This document shows, one piece after another, positions 23,959 through 36,234 of a stretch of DNA of 64,000 nucleotides. Position 1 is the first letter of the stretch. Each line of letters begins with the position of its first letter. The notes under the pieces were generated by a model. The model made no database searches, was not told where the DNA came from, and saw only the letters and a program-made list of their open reading frames with translations. The stretch is from Takakia lepidozioides. Taxonomy: Eukaryota; Plantae; Bryophyta. The stretch spans positions 62,806,001 through 62,870,000 of the forward strand of contig CM060731.1 in NCBI GenBank assembly GCA_030704615.1, written 5' to 3'. The position numbers and the translations under genes are program-made.

Positions 23959-26900
23959 ATGGAAGTTCCGGGACACGTTCTTATGTTTGTATGCTTGCGC
24001 CTGGTCTTCTTCCCCTACGCCGTTTCTCGCCGTCTCTGACTGACTGATTGGGAGTAACGGCGTTGACGTGAGGAAGGATGAGGGTTCGTAGCTCTGAAAG
24101 CTTGTAAAAACCAGGCACACGGGGGGGCATTCTTCTAGAAGCTCCATGTTACATGTGAGAGGAAGCTCTTTCGCATCATGCCGGGAAGCATTCGAGTCTC
24201 AGGTGCGTAAAGAGTTACTCACAATGGTTGAATCCTCTTGAGGCTGTGAATTGGCATTTAGGAGGGACCTTGTTCAATAAACCCTTTTTTGGACTAGCAG
24301 ATGGCTGTTTCGCCAGAACCTCTGTTTGTGCCTTATTTGGAGAGGTCTTCCCTTCTTCCGCCTGCTGGTCACTGACTAGCTAGAGTACGTTGACATATGT
24401 TTGGCAATGTTGCATACGAAAGAAAGTTGCTCAGGTACTCTGCAAGCACCGTCTAATGGACTGTAGTCTGGCAGAGATTGTGAAAGCAAACCGAAATTTG
24501 AATCAAGAGATGCGTGAGGGTTAGACATTTGAGTAGGAATTGGTGCACGTCAAAGGAAACCAGAATGTGTGAAGACTACATTAAGGAATGAATTAATATT
24601 GTTTTCACGTAGGTTGAGATGGCTGTGAAACGACCCGATTTATTTTTGTGTGGAGTGAATTTCATTTTGTCTGATTGTTTTTGCAACATGCTCTTTAGCT
24701 GGTGACAATTGAATTTTCATTCCTTATGTCCATGTTCTCCTGTTCTACTTCTACTCCTGTACTACTTCAAACATTAACAACTGGCAGATACCCTTCCGGA
24801 AGCTAGCTATGTGGCACTGCTGTGTTCATTGTTAAGAATATTTCTCTTTATCACTTGGGCGCACCAGTCCTATTGCAATTGAAAGTTATGTTTTGGTGTG
24901 GTCATTCTGATGCAGTTCTGGAAGCAGTGGATCTGCCCGCAGCAGTCATAGGTAAGATAGTTTTGGTTTCTGACATTGAAGGTCTCGTTCTTGATAGGGT
25001 CTTTAAAAGATTGGAGTGTTAGTGGCCAATTCAATGCAATTTTCTTGATACTGAAGGCAAGACAATTTCAAGAACCGCTGCAATGAATTCTGAATTGGTA
25101 TGGTTACTTTCGGAGAACTGATTTGAACACTGTTGGTTTGTGCAAATGGGCTAACTTGGACAGCTGGCAACCATGTTACTGTGAAAGGTATGTAAGCAGT
25201 CTTGCCTCTTTCTCTTAAGTTAGGTGTTGGAGTTCAAGACTGTCAGCTTGAGTGTAAGTCTGATGAAGCTCTACAGTCACACTTGTTGTGCTCTGGTGAA
25301 TGAGCTATGGATATCCTTGATTACTGTATCTTGTATGGCTTTAGAAGGAGGGAGGAGTACTCATCTATTGTATCTTTTGGAGAGAGGATCTTACACATTG
25401 CAGGAAGAAGAAACCTTTTATATGTCCAGAGATAAGAAGGAAGAAATATATTGTGTTCTCAGGAGAGAAGATGTAAGAGTTTTGTTATGTGCAGGGCAAA
25501 GAGAGAGAGAGGAAGAATGAAGAAACTTTCTAAGTATTTGTAGAGAGGGAGAGATTCTCATGAGGCTGTGCTTGCTGCCGCCTTCTGGCCATAGATTCCA
25601 TGCCCACTCAGACCAAAGAGAAGGGTGGGAGGGGAGAAGGGAAAGTGTGGAGAGGAGTACACAGCTTGGGGCTCCCTCCAATAGTAGGACTTAACAGCGA
25701 AGATAAAATTGGTCCTGTCTTTTAGACTTTCTCCACAAAGGCATTAATTGTTCCATCAGTTGGATACTGAGGTGCAGGAACATACTCTTTGATCCTTGTA
25801 AGAATCAGGCCTTTGTGTCCACCAGAAATGCCAGCTGCACTACATCAGAGTCATGTCCACAGATGAGGCACATGGGTGTTCTTTTGCAATTCTATGAAAG
25901 AGGGAGAGAGAGAGATTGCACTAAAAAGAATCTGTGATTGCAGTTACACTTGGGAAAAGGGAGTACAAGACTGAGCCTGGTAACCTGAATGGGGGCAAGA
26001 CTGCACGGTGGAACTCTGATTTTGCTTTGTAAGTACCATATTTCCTGTTTTTGTTTTTTAATATCTGAGAAAATCATTATGCACACATTCAGTTTTGTGA
26101 GTTTTGAGATCCTCCACTGCAGTCTGGTTTTGCAGTTGTCTACAACCAAATGAAGTTTATTTTATACCGTATGTTTTCTTTTTTGAGGTTAGCCATAAAG
26201 TAAATTTGTTGGCTAGGATATGAAGGGGTAGTACAATCACTCAACAGATGCCATGTCAATTTCTCAGGGTGTCTCACGGTCCCACAGCTCCAATTTGCTG
26301 CGCCTCATAGACGGCTGTGTAAAAGCCTGAACAGTGACGCAAATAATATTATGCAGTGAAAGGATTCTGGATAGAGAAATGCCATGTCGTTATTTGCCAC
26401 ATGAATTGGACTACTACTTTGTTCGCGCTGCCCAAATTTCAATGAGAGAGAGATGCACTCCTGAAGTACGTCAAACCTTACAATATCAGATCAATGTAGA
26501 CATTCATGTCCAGGGTTGGTCATCTGCCCGAGGTACAATACCAGTAACAGCAAGAAGTTACAGTAAAAACTTAACTTTCATATTGATGTCACTCTATCTT
26601 CGATTTGCCCATCGTTTACCTACAATTGGAACGTTGTTTTTGCAACTTGGTAATAAGGTTGCCCTTCTGTTGAATTGTCTCTGGCAATATGATGCCAAAG
26701 AAATTCCAGTCTCTCTTTCCGCTCCAGAATCTGTCTTGAAAATGGTGTTCTTGGCAGTCCTGTGCTGAATCTGCGGGATAAGCTGGTTGTAGCAGTGTGT
26801 GACAACAAGGATGAGGCTGTGACCCACACTGGTATTTACTTCCCTCCATGACAAGACCTCAGAAGTCCATCCTGTCAGGGAATTTTCTGCTAGAAATCAT

Positions 26901-29900
26901 CAATTTCTTGCATGTTTCAGCAGGCTTCTTACAGCAACTAGTTCCAATGAGGTCTTGAGTTTGCTTTATCCTTTGGAGGAAAAGAACCATTCTTGTTGGG
27001 ACTTAGACTGTGAAACTGAGAACAATTTGGGGATGTGCCTTACAGATATTGAAGTTCCGTCAATTGTCGAGAGAGGCTACCGAGATGAGTTTGTGGCCTT
27101 CAAAGGTGGCGGGCGTATCCACTTGAAATTGAGCTTTTCACTGACAGATGAGGAGCGGAAAAAGATTGAATTGATGGTAGTTACCCCTACCTAGCATCTT
27201 CTAATATTAGGTGGTGGTATCTGCACCTGTGTTGTGAGACGTCACAACTGGAGATGATTTGCAGGGGGAAAAAGGAGTAGTAACTACTCTGTGTAACCAT
27301 GATAATCGATAATGACAAGCGTTAAACCTGAGCTAAGTTCTCTTCTTTCGAAACTGTACTTTCCTCATATCTCTTGTTATTCCTATCGCAGAGGGTAGCT
27401 TCTCTGAAAAGGAGAGCACATGAGAATTTGAAGAACACAGTTATATATCAAGAGTTTCAGCCGACTGTTGACAATCGATTTACGCCTTATGTGGTCCCAC
27501 GCGCAACCCTGACTGAGGTTGTTGATCTGCCGACAGACGAGGGAGAGAATGGAAACAAAGAGAATGAAAGAGCAGTGGTGGGGTTTGTGCGCTCTGGAAA
27601 GCCTCGGAAATCGAGACCCACTTTTGATTATGCCAAAGCAGTGGGCTTGAGAAGCATAGGGAAGAGAGAGAGTGTCGAGAAGGAACAGCCTACTCAGGGA
27701 ATCCTCCCCAAAGTGAAGTCTGACTTGTCGGAAGCTGTTGCATCACCCAATATGGAGGAGTGGGTGCATGTCAAATCGCCACAGGTTCCCACCCAAATGG
27801 CAAAGCCATTGCCAACAAATCTTGTGAAAGCCTCATTATCTCCTCTAGTGTCCGGGAGAGTTGCAGTGGCTCTTCCAAATACCACTAATGCTCCAGTGGC
27901 TGAGGGTCTTACTGTACCTCCCAGTCGGAATCTGGCAGGCTCTGCAGGATCACCAGTGAGCAGAAATATGTCGACAACATCAGCAATGTCTTTCCCCCCC
28001 TCCCCAGCAACTCCACCACAACAGGAGTCATCAATTTCAACCCTGCCACCATCTATGCAAGGTCACTACATAGGAAGAGTGACAAAGGGAATTGTCAAAG
28101 CCCGGATTCAGGCCCTGGAAAGCACTTTGCGCCAGGTATGCATTTAAAGTTGAATAGAAAGACAACTCTGAACTCCACTAAGGTGCAAATAGTGTTTCCT
28201 TGAATGGGGACCTGTGGTTTTTATTGAGGGGTAAGCACTGCACGGCAGAATGTAGCATCAGAATGTAACTGACTGATTGTGAACCTGTTCTATTTCCTAA
28301 TGACAGTTGCTTTTGCATCTTCGTTATGTTTTTGTATGAGAATGAATTGCCTTTGCAATTAGGAAGGAACCAGGTTTTTTTTCCTTGAAAAGTTGAATAT
28401 GACAGTACTATTCACTATGGATGCCTTTTGAGGTATGGGAAATTACAAAAAGTGGCCTGCCATATTCAGTTCTGTGGCTGCGGTGCTCTTCTGCTCTCAG
28501 TGTTGTGCCCAATGAAAATGGGGATCATACAAATTGCAATGAGTCCAAAGGTTTTGGCCCGGGAAACTATGGATGCAATCTTTTTCCCTATTCTGAATCA
28601 GTGAAATACCCTGCCATGTTATGTGCTTACCCCTACTTGGCAGGAGCCAGAATCAAACTCATCGCCAACCAGAGAACTCCAGGAGGTGAAGTGGCAAGCT
28701 GAGAGAGAGAGGGCAAGCGAGAGGTTGCAGACGGAGGGTGCCACATTGGGTGTTGCTGAGAATATAAGCAGAAAGCTGGAGGAGAAGCTAAGAGATAAGG
28801 GGAGAGGTGACAGTGGGTCCAATCAGGTGTCCCTCCAAGAACAGATTCGGAGATTGGATTTCGAAGTTCTAAATGAAGGGGAAGAGGGAATGTTGCAGAA
28901 CTCAGGTCAGGATTATAAATAATGAAACAAGAATATGTGCTGATGTGAGTGGTGTAGATCTTTGTACTCCTTAGTGGTGTTTTGTTGTGCCACGTTTTTC
29001 TTTATAAATGTCTGGCTCAAGGCACTGTAGAGGTGAGCCCCACACTTGTTTCTGTAACACATCAGGGCTTGTGATGCCACTATGAGAGAAAATGCAAGTA
29101 ATAGGATGGTGATTGTAAGTCCAGAAGAGTATCTGATCTGTGTATTATCTCCTTTTGATGGAAAAGGGAATCATATTTGCAGTTCAAGCTGCTGTAAATT
29201 TCCTCCCTTTTCCATCAAAAGGAGATAATACTGTGTTCCAGTGTGCAAAACCTACAAGAACCTAACCCAATATCTCAATCTTTCCAAACATGAGATTTTT
29301 GCTGTATCCTCCCATAAATCTGCAGAAAAGTCTATCAAAAGAGTCTAAATAATGACCACAAATAAAGAAAATTTAGATGAAACCTAGAGATAACTATGGT
29401 TAAATCTGTCAACCAACTCTAACTTATGACCTTTAACAATCTAGAAGGAATTTATAGAGGATAGATAAGCCAATAGCACAGCAGCTTGAATGCTTTGTAG
29501 TCCTTCTCATGACCATGGTCTAGGTGCTGTTCTTTTAGAGAATCCAGAGTTGGAGGGTGAAATGAAGGAGAAGCAGCTGATGGTTGAGGAAGCAAGGCAG
29601 GGAGCTGAGGAGAACTTGCGGCACACAGATTTTGGTCAAGCAATGATGGAGGTTGGCCACAAGTCCACTGCCTTCGGTGTGTTAGTAGATGAATATTAAG
29701 TTCTCTGTATTATTGATTGTACTATCTTAAAAGATTGGCTCACATGTCAGCTGTGAGTTGAACCATTATTTGCCATATACTTCAGTGAGATGGAGTGGGA
29801 CAGGCTATTGTTTGTGCCCTTGAGGTAGGCTGGATGAGCAGATATAACATTGAATGTCTTAAGTGTTATTCAAGTCATAAATGGTGTATGTAGATGAATG

Positions 29901-31762
29901 ATTGTCTGGTATCATCTATCTCCAGCTTTTGGTTTGCTGTGGGCAGGCAACGACCAAAGCTGGGCAGTGTCAACCACAGGGTGAGCCAATAAAGAAGAAA
30001 GAGGGAGAAGAGGGCTCCCTTCATTTGTCTCGAGCAGATTGCAAAGATGCATCAGACCTGAAAGAGCATAAGCATGCACTGCAGCCAAAGAACAAGTCAC
30101 CTGTAGCTTTGACGGAATCCCTAGCTTTGAAAGAATTTCTGGCAAAGAGGGGTTTTTCACCAAGGTCAGCTGGTCTACACCCAGAACCCAAGCGCAACTT
30201 GCAAAATGCCGAAAGCCAACCAGGTGTAGGCAGAACAGTATCTCAATCTGAAGTCTCTCCAGCAGGAGGAAGGTTTGGAGCAAGGACAAGTGGCCTTCAG
30301 CAAGTTTTAGACCCAGAGCTCCAGCAATTACCCAATTCTCAGGTCATTGAGGAAGCCAGGGTACTACTGGATGGTCAAGGTCTGTCAAACAAAATGTGGC
30401 AGGCCTTAGCCATAATTGCAGATGAAATACTTTGCACACCTGGTAAAATCCAACGGTTGGATTCGGGACCTGGGCCTGAAGCTAGATGGGCTCAAAAGAA
30501 TAGTATTGACTCCAGATGGGCATCACCAGCTGCATCACCTGAAAAGGTACCTCATTCCGCCCATTGATAAATGAAAACATGACCCCTAGAGCTGTTATCC
30601 CAGGACACATTTGATGCTCATCCCCTAATGAGGAGTTTATTCTGATCATTTGTCGTTGTCCCCAAGTAATCTAATTTAACATAGCTCACATGAATGCTTT
30701 GCTCGCATTGAGGTTGCAGTTTGATTGGAGTGTGTCATGAGGGGCTGCAACGGATCATGTTCTTTTGGGAACAGAAGGTCTTAAGTTGTGCGAGGATCTT
30801 AGAGCATGATCTAGTTGAAAGGTTGTAAATGGTCTGAGTACTGATTTATCGACTCCTATCCTGGGGACAATGACCTTGGCAGGCAAAGCTGGTGACCAGA
30901 GATGAATCAAGCCGGCCAACGGGTGAGAGCACTGAGCTTCAAAGGGCCAAAGCAAAGCTTATGCAACTTTTTTCTGCTGTCACAGAATTTGTGCAAAATC
31001 AGTCACAAAGTGATGATCAGAGTCTGCAAGAGTATATCGCAGGCATCGGAGGTGTGGTAAATAAGGTATGTCTCTGCTCATCAGCTGGTGCCCTATTTCT
31101 GGAGCAATGTATCTTACTTTCTGTGTTCATCCTATGGTCCCCTGGCTCCTTCCAACTGAACAGTGGCACGATCACATCCACTTGTGCTGCATGTGTAATG
31201 GTAGAGAGCTTCCGTTTTATAGTGTGGAGGCTGATCATTCCTGTGTGCCATCTATGCCAGCCTCGATATATCTATCTGTCTATTTCTATCTCCTCCTTCC
31301 CTATTCTCTTTGTCTTATTCCCGTATTCAGTTCTTCATATGTTTCTTGCCTTTTTAGTCTCTCCTCTTCCTCTCAGGTTCTTTTCTTTCCTTTTCAATGT
31401 CTTACTTCCCCTCTTTCCCTCTGAGATGCAGGTTGTCGGTGCAGCTGCTGCAGTGCTGGCAGCACTCTTCATATTGTGGCCAAGAGATGAAAACCCTGGT
31501 GTGAGGTGTGCTGGCCATGCCATTGCTCTAACTTCACCATAGCTTTTGATTGGTCTGTTGGTATGATCTCACACCTAAATTCTCAGCTTTGTCATTTTTT
31601 ATGTCTTTTGGCAGGTATCCTTCTGCCAACAAAAGAGAGACAATAAGCATTAAAGTACGGCAGTCCACTGATCAATACTCCAGGTCGACGAAGGTTACTA
31701 ACCAAGTACGAATTCTCACTTGCTGTAACATTAGTGGTATGTGGAAGGAAGAAGGCCAATAG
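23959..31762 (+). CDS. N-terminal C2-like domain protein with a long low-complexity middle and a C-terminal transmembrane anchor. Supported exons 24916-24951, 26758-26831, 27046-27176, 27392-28135, 28644-28905, 29539-29651, 29947-30546, 30883-31065, 31432-31505, 31615-31762; 5' exons uncertain
   Basis: VLEAVDLP, PVLNLRDKLVVAVCD and IVERGYRDEFVAFKGGGRIHLKLSFSLTDEERKKIELMR match a conserved uncharacterised plant family (…GGGHVHLKLQFVLSEEERNRI…). Phases are consistent from 26758 onward. TM segment VVGAAAAVLAALFILW. The candidate start MEVPGHVLMF at 23959 could not be phased. Confidence 0.75.
29142..29231. repeat. Intronic hairpin with a perfect 28-bp stem
   Basis: gtattatctccttttgatggaaaaggga / tcccttttccatcaaaaggagataatac. 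Confidence 0.9.
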
Positions 31763-32876
31763 GGGGGCCCTTAATTTAGTATTGGGGGCCTGCAGTTGAT
31801 ACCATGGTCACCTTCCTGCTCAAAATGTCACGGGTGATGGATCTTGCTCGGCCAACCTAAATCGTTTGTAGAGATTCAGAGTAACCAGTGTATCATAAAC
31901 CAAGTCTCTGATGTGCTATTGATTAGCTCTTCTCCCTGGTCATACATATACACCTGCTTCATCATGTGCTTAAACCAAGCACACACCCAAGTTTGAATTT
32001 TTCTGTTGCTTGAAGCTTATGGTATCTTTGGGTCCTACCATTTTAATTTGTGCATCTTGCTCTTTTCTTGGACCACTATAATAGTACTAACTCTATTCAC
32101 ATGTTTGTGACAGCTGTCTGATGAGAACTCAAACTATCCTGGGCAACGCCTACACCTGTCTTGAAATGACCACAAGCCAGCCTTGTATGCAGATGTACAA
32201 ATACCAAGTTTGAAGACCATCTTGCATCAAACTTCTAAATATGTGGTTGAGGTGGCCAGTAAACTCGAGGAAATAGTAATTCCTATTGCTTATGGCATGA
32301 AAAATGCATTGGCTGTTGCAACATTGGTTACCAAGCAGGTACTTGCAGACCTCTCATTTCAAACTGGCTGCAGGCACATTTCCAATTCTTGAACAAACTT
32401 TAGAATAGTGATTTGGCTCTTGTATACTACATCCTGTGAGGGATGACCTACTTTTTCTCTTAATAGTAATCAGGGTTGATCTGATGACGTTTGAATTTAC
32501 CTGGGTGATGAAAGTCATATACAGTAGGAGAGGTACTCTTCTAGGAAGACTGCCTGTCAGGAATGTGGCAAGCAGGGAGGCTGTCTTGGATTATGATTCA
32601 AAAGTTGAAATGGCCTAAATTGGCTTGATGTTGGTAAAATGTACTTTCTACAGACTATAATTGAGACTCGGCCTTAACCCTTGTTCCATGTGCGAGAGAG
32701 GATAGAGGAGGCTGTACCTAAGTTTACACCTTAATTGCTGTTGTATGTGGCAAGCCTTCCATATTCCAGTTTGTTTTGTATACTCTGTAGACAGGGCTAT
32801 CATTTAATTTTCATAGGAATTTCAGAACTTCCCAGGATTATGGACAGGGCTCTTTGAGAACTCCGCAGGGTTGCTG

Positions 32877-32954
32877 GTGCATGATGGGGTTCTTTCGTTC
32901 CTTTCCTCTCACACTGTCTGCTAAGGGAGAGAACGAAAGAACCCCATCATGCAC
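32877..32954. repeat. Hairpin with a perfect 24-bp stem
   Basis: gtgcatgatggggttctttcgttc / gaacgaaagaaccccatcatgcac, 30-nt loop. Confidence 0.9.
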
Positions 32955-34599
32955 TGAGAGGGAAAGAACGAAATGGTTCTATCGAGTTTACTTTTGTATA
33001 CTGGAAGGCCTCCAGGGGAGGGGGTTCCTGGACTTTTTTGTTTTTTCTTTCCACCCCAACTCTTGGTTTTTTGGGCAGGGCTTTTTGGTGTTCTGGCATA
33101 TCTTGTCTCAGGTTTTGGGGTGTCATGCTTCCTAACCAGAGAGATCGCCGCCCCAGCGGAATGCTCTATATCTTCTGCATGTCGATGGGGTTTCTTTGCC
33201 TCTCACCTGTCAAGTTGACTTACATTTCTAGTTTATATGTTGATATGTCGTTTTGTAGAATGAGTGTCACATTTTTGCAGTGTATCAGACTTCTAGTTGT
33301 TTGCTTGTCTTCTCAAATGATCCTAGATGCACCATCTTTCTGACCCTGTAGCTGCTCCCATGTGAAGCTTGGAATCAAACTGCCTAGAGTGGACAGATGT
33401 TCTTTATCTCTTCAGGTTCCCTGGCTTTCATCTACGCCTGCATGACCTCTGTAAAACAACGCGGCACATGTTCCAGAAGCATGAAAAAATCACGTGCATA
33501 TTTGAGTGTGATGTATTGATAATGCTCGTCTGATTTGGTCTTCGTCGTAAGGTAGTGGTGGCTTCTCCACCTTTGTTCGGTCATGATCATTCTAACTGTA
33601 TTTTCCAGGAGGTCTATTTGGAACGACACTCTGTATCTAATGTACTCTAAAGAACCAAGTATTTGAAAAGTTCGTCTTGCTGCAAAAATAAAATTGTTTC
33701 GGTACCTCACTGTGTACTATACCTGTTAATCTCGACTGCAAACATTTCTCTTGCCTCAATTTATTGCAGTGTTGGCTTATGCAGAATTGAGGATTTTAGT
33801 CTGCTCAGAAGACAAGCAACTTGTCCAAAGGTCAGCTCTTGTGATGTATCTCTAGGTGATGATAAGAAGCTAAGTTGTACATCATCGACGCTGCAGCTGA
33901 TACGATAAATCAACAGAAGGGGGCAGCGATAGGAACAGATCTCCTATGGCATCCACTACTGCCAAATCCCCTTGCCGTCTACTCATAACTTCCCTTGAGC
34001 TCTGCCCAAATAGTGGTACTCTAATGTGTTACAAAATGCCATGTGTATACTCTTGGAGCAGTGCCATTGGTTATGAGAAACAGTTTCAGTTCCAGGATGG
34101 TACCTGGCACATCCTTTCATCTTCCATACAAAGAACAAATTTCAGCCTCTGCAAATTTCTCGCTTGTGGCATTTCAAGCCACTGGACTGACTGTTGGTCT
34201 AGCTGGGGACAGGTAACATTGATGACACGGAATGATCACATCAGCAGCACCGGAGATGAAAAGAAGAACAAACCCAAGCCCAAGCAATTGGGAAATGCGA
34301 GAGCTCGCTGTATCTTCACATGCAGCCCAGGCTCCATCATCAACTTTGCTCCTAACTTCCACCTATACTCCTGCATCATTGCAAGGAAACACACCATTGG
34401 CAAAGTCCATCAGTGAAGACTCTGTTTGTGTGTCTATCACCCCCTCACAAACAGTTGCAAGGGTTCCTAACAAATACGCAGAATGAGGAGCTACCCGACA
34501 GTCGTCTCTAAAAACATTCCAAGTACGCACAACCTCGAGTTGTAGGGCTGAAGAAAAGATAGACACCGAAAAAGCTCCAGTCAAGCCTATATGACTTAC

Positions 34600-34975
34600 C
34601 AGCAAAAACTTCAGAATGTTCTAGTGATTGTCTAAGGGTGAAGGCCTCGTGCAGGTAAGCTGCCAAGCATTTCTGATCCTCATAGTGGAAGACTTCAGTG
34701 AGAGATTGGGTTCCACATAAACAGTGGAATCTCCTACGGATCTCGTAGTATAGAGGGCAGTAGAAGAAGAAATGTTCTTCAGTTTCAATTCCCGGCTGCG
34801 CCCTATACAAGCTGGACATAGGCGGTCCTCCCGTTGCAGGTTTTCCCATCTGCCAGTCTCTATCCAAAGGTTGTGGGAACCCACCCTAAATTGCCCCAAT
34901 GCCAAAGAGAGAAGAGAGACCCGGCCAGAAAATCTGCGATAGAACGGTGGGGGCACATAAAGCGGATGTGGTTGC
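34600..34975 (-). mobile_element. 5'-truncated non-LTR retrotransposon 3' end (RTE/RTEX-like C-terminal CCHC region)
   Basis: LGQFRVGSHNLWIETGRWENLQREDRLCPAC, then after a frameshift IETEEHFFFYCPLYYEIR. Confidence 0.8.
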
Positions 34976-36234
34976 AAAAAACACAAACGACCACACGCAT
35001 CGTTTTCCATCTCGTCATCATCTTCCGCCATCCCCGTCCTCTCCCGCCTTCCTATTCCTACCGCTTCTATCCTTCCAAGTACTTTCGTTTTCCGCTCTCT
35101 CACAAACATACACTCACAAACACAATTTTCCAGGAGTTTCTCTCTCCTCCTGCTACATTGGAAGAAAAATCGACACCTCGAAGGTTCCTTACGCAACAAA
35201 GCCCCATTAGCCCCATTGTGGTTGTAGCTCGATCAGCATACCTGCATTTGGCTGAGGTAGTCTCTACGTACGTTCTAACACTTATTAGTTCTTACCGAGA
35301 GGTCTACTCTGAAATGGTTAGGCTAACTGGGGCAGGTACATCAGGAGAGGTTTAGGGAGGAGCCCATAATCAACACAAGTTATGCAGGGAAGGGTCAAGT
35401 ACATTCTGCCTTGCTGCTCTCTCCCTCTGTCTCTGTACAGCTGCCAGGTATCGAGAGTTCACCTTCAAGCGCTTTACACCAAAAAGAATCGGATGAGTCT
35501 CCACAGCCGTCCCGCACTCCACAATCTCTTCCACAATCTCTCGCATCGTTCTTCCTAGCCTGCACGGACAGTGAGAAAGAGATACTAAATATCGCTAGCG
35601 GAAAAGTTTCATTATTCCTCCCTCCCAGTAACGTCTCGTCAGCTAAAGTGTTTTGAGTTCCTACCGGGAATACGATACGCATGCAACGTTGTTCGTGTCA
35701 AATGCCCAGCTCTTTGCTTCACGAAGAAAATGATTAGCCTAGTGTTGTTTTGGAAATGAGTTGCACTTGCGCTTGAAAGTTGCCTTCACATCTTAAATTT
35801 CATCTTTTCTGAGCTTTAGCCTTTCAACTTTTGTAGAAGAACTCATCAAAACAGAATTGGCAAGAGAAACCTGCATGGTTTTGGTCCAGATATATTTAAA
35901 AGAAGAACAGAATAAAACTGTTGTGCGAACCGCTCGCATCGGCTTTGGGCCAAGTACAACTCAATGGCATGCAACGCACCATCTCTTCTAAGACTTCTTC
36001 CAAGCACCTACAGTTGGTCAGTTACCAAAGAAACCAAACAGACACTGATGTGCGCACGAAGATCGAGCACAAGATTTCAAAAAGCGGTTTTCATCAACTT
36101 TGTCCACTTCAGGCGAACGTTCAAGTGTATGTTGATAGTACCACAGTGTTCAAACTGATTGTATCCACAAACTTCACAGCAGTGTCTTTATGCGTCACAA
36201 GGCATGCTCTCATGAGTCTACTATGTTACCCACT

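Noticed and set aside
33430-35690. Possible decayed minus-strand gene around the LINE insertion
   Set aside because: The frames are short and stop-ridden, with no identifiable domain.
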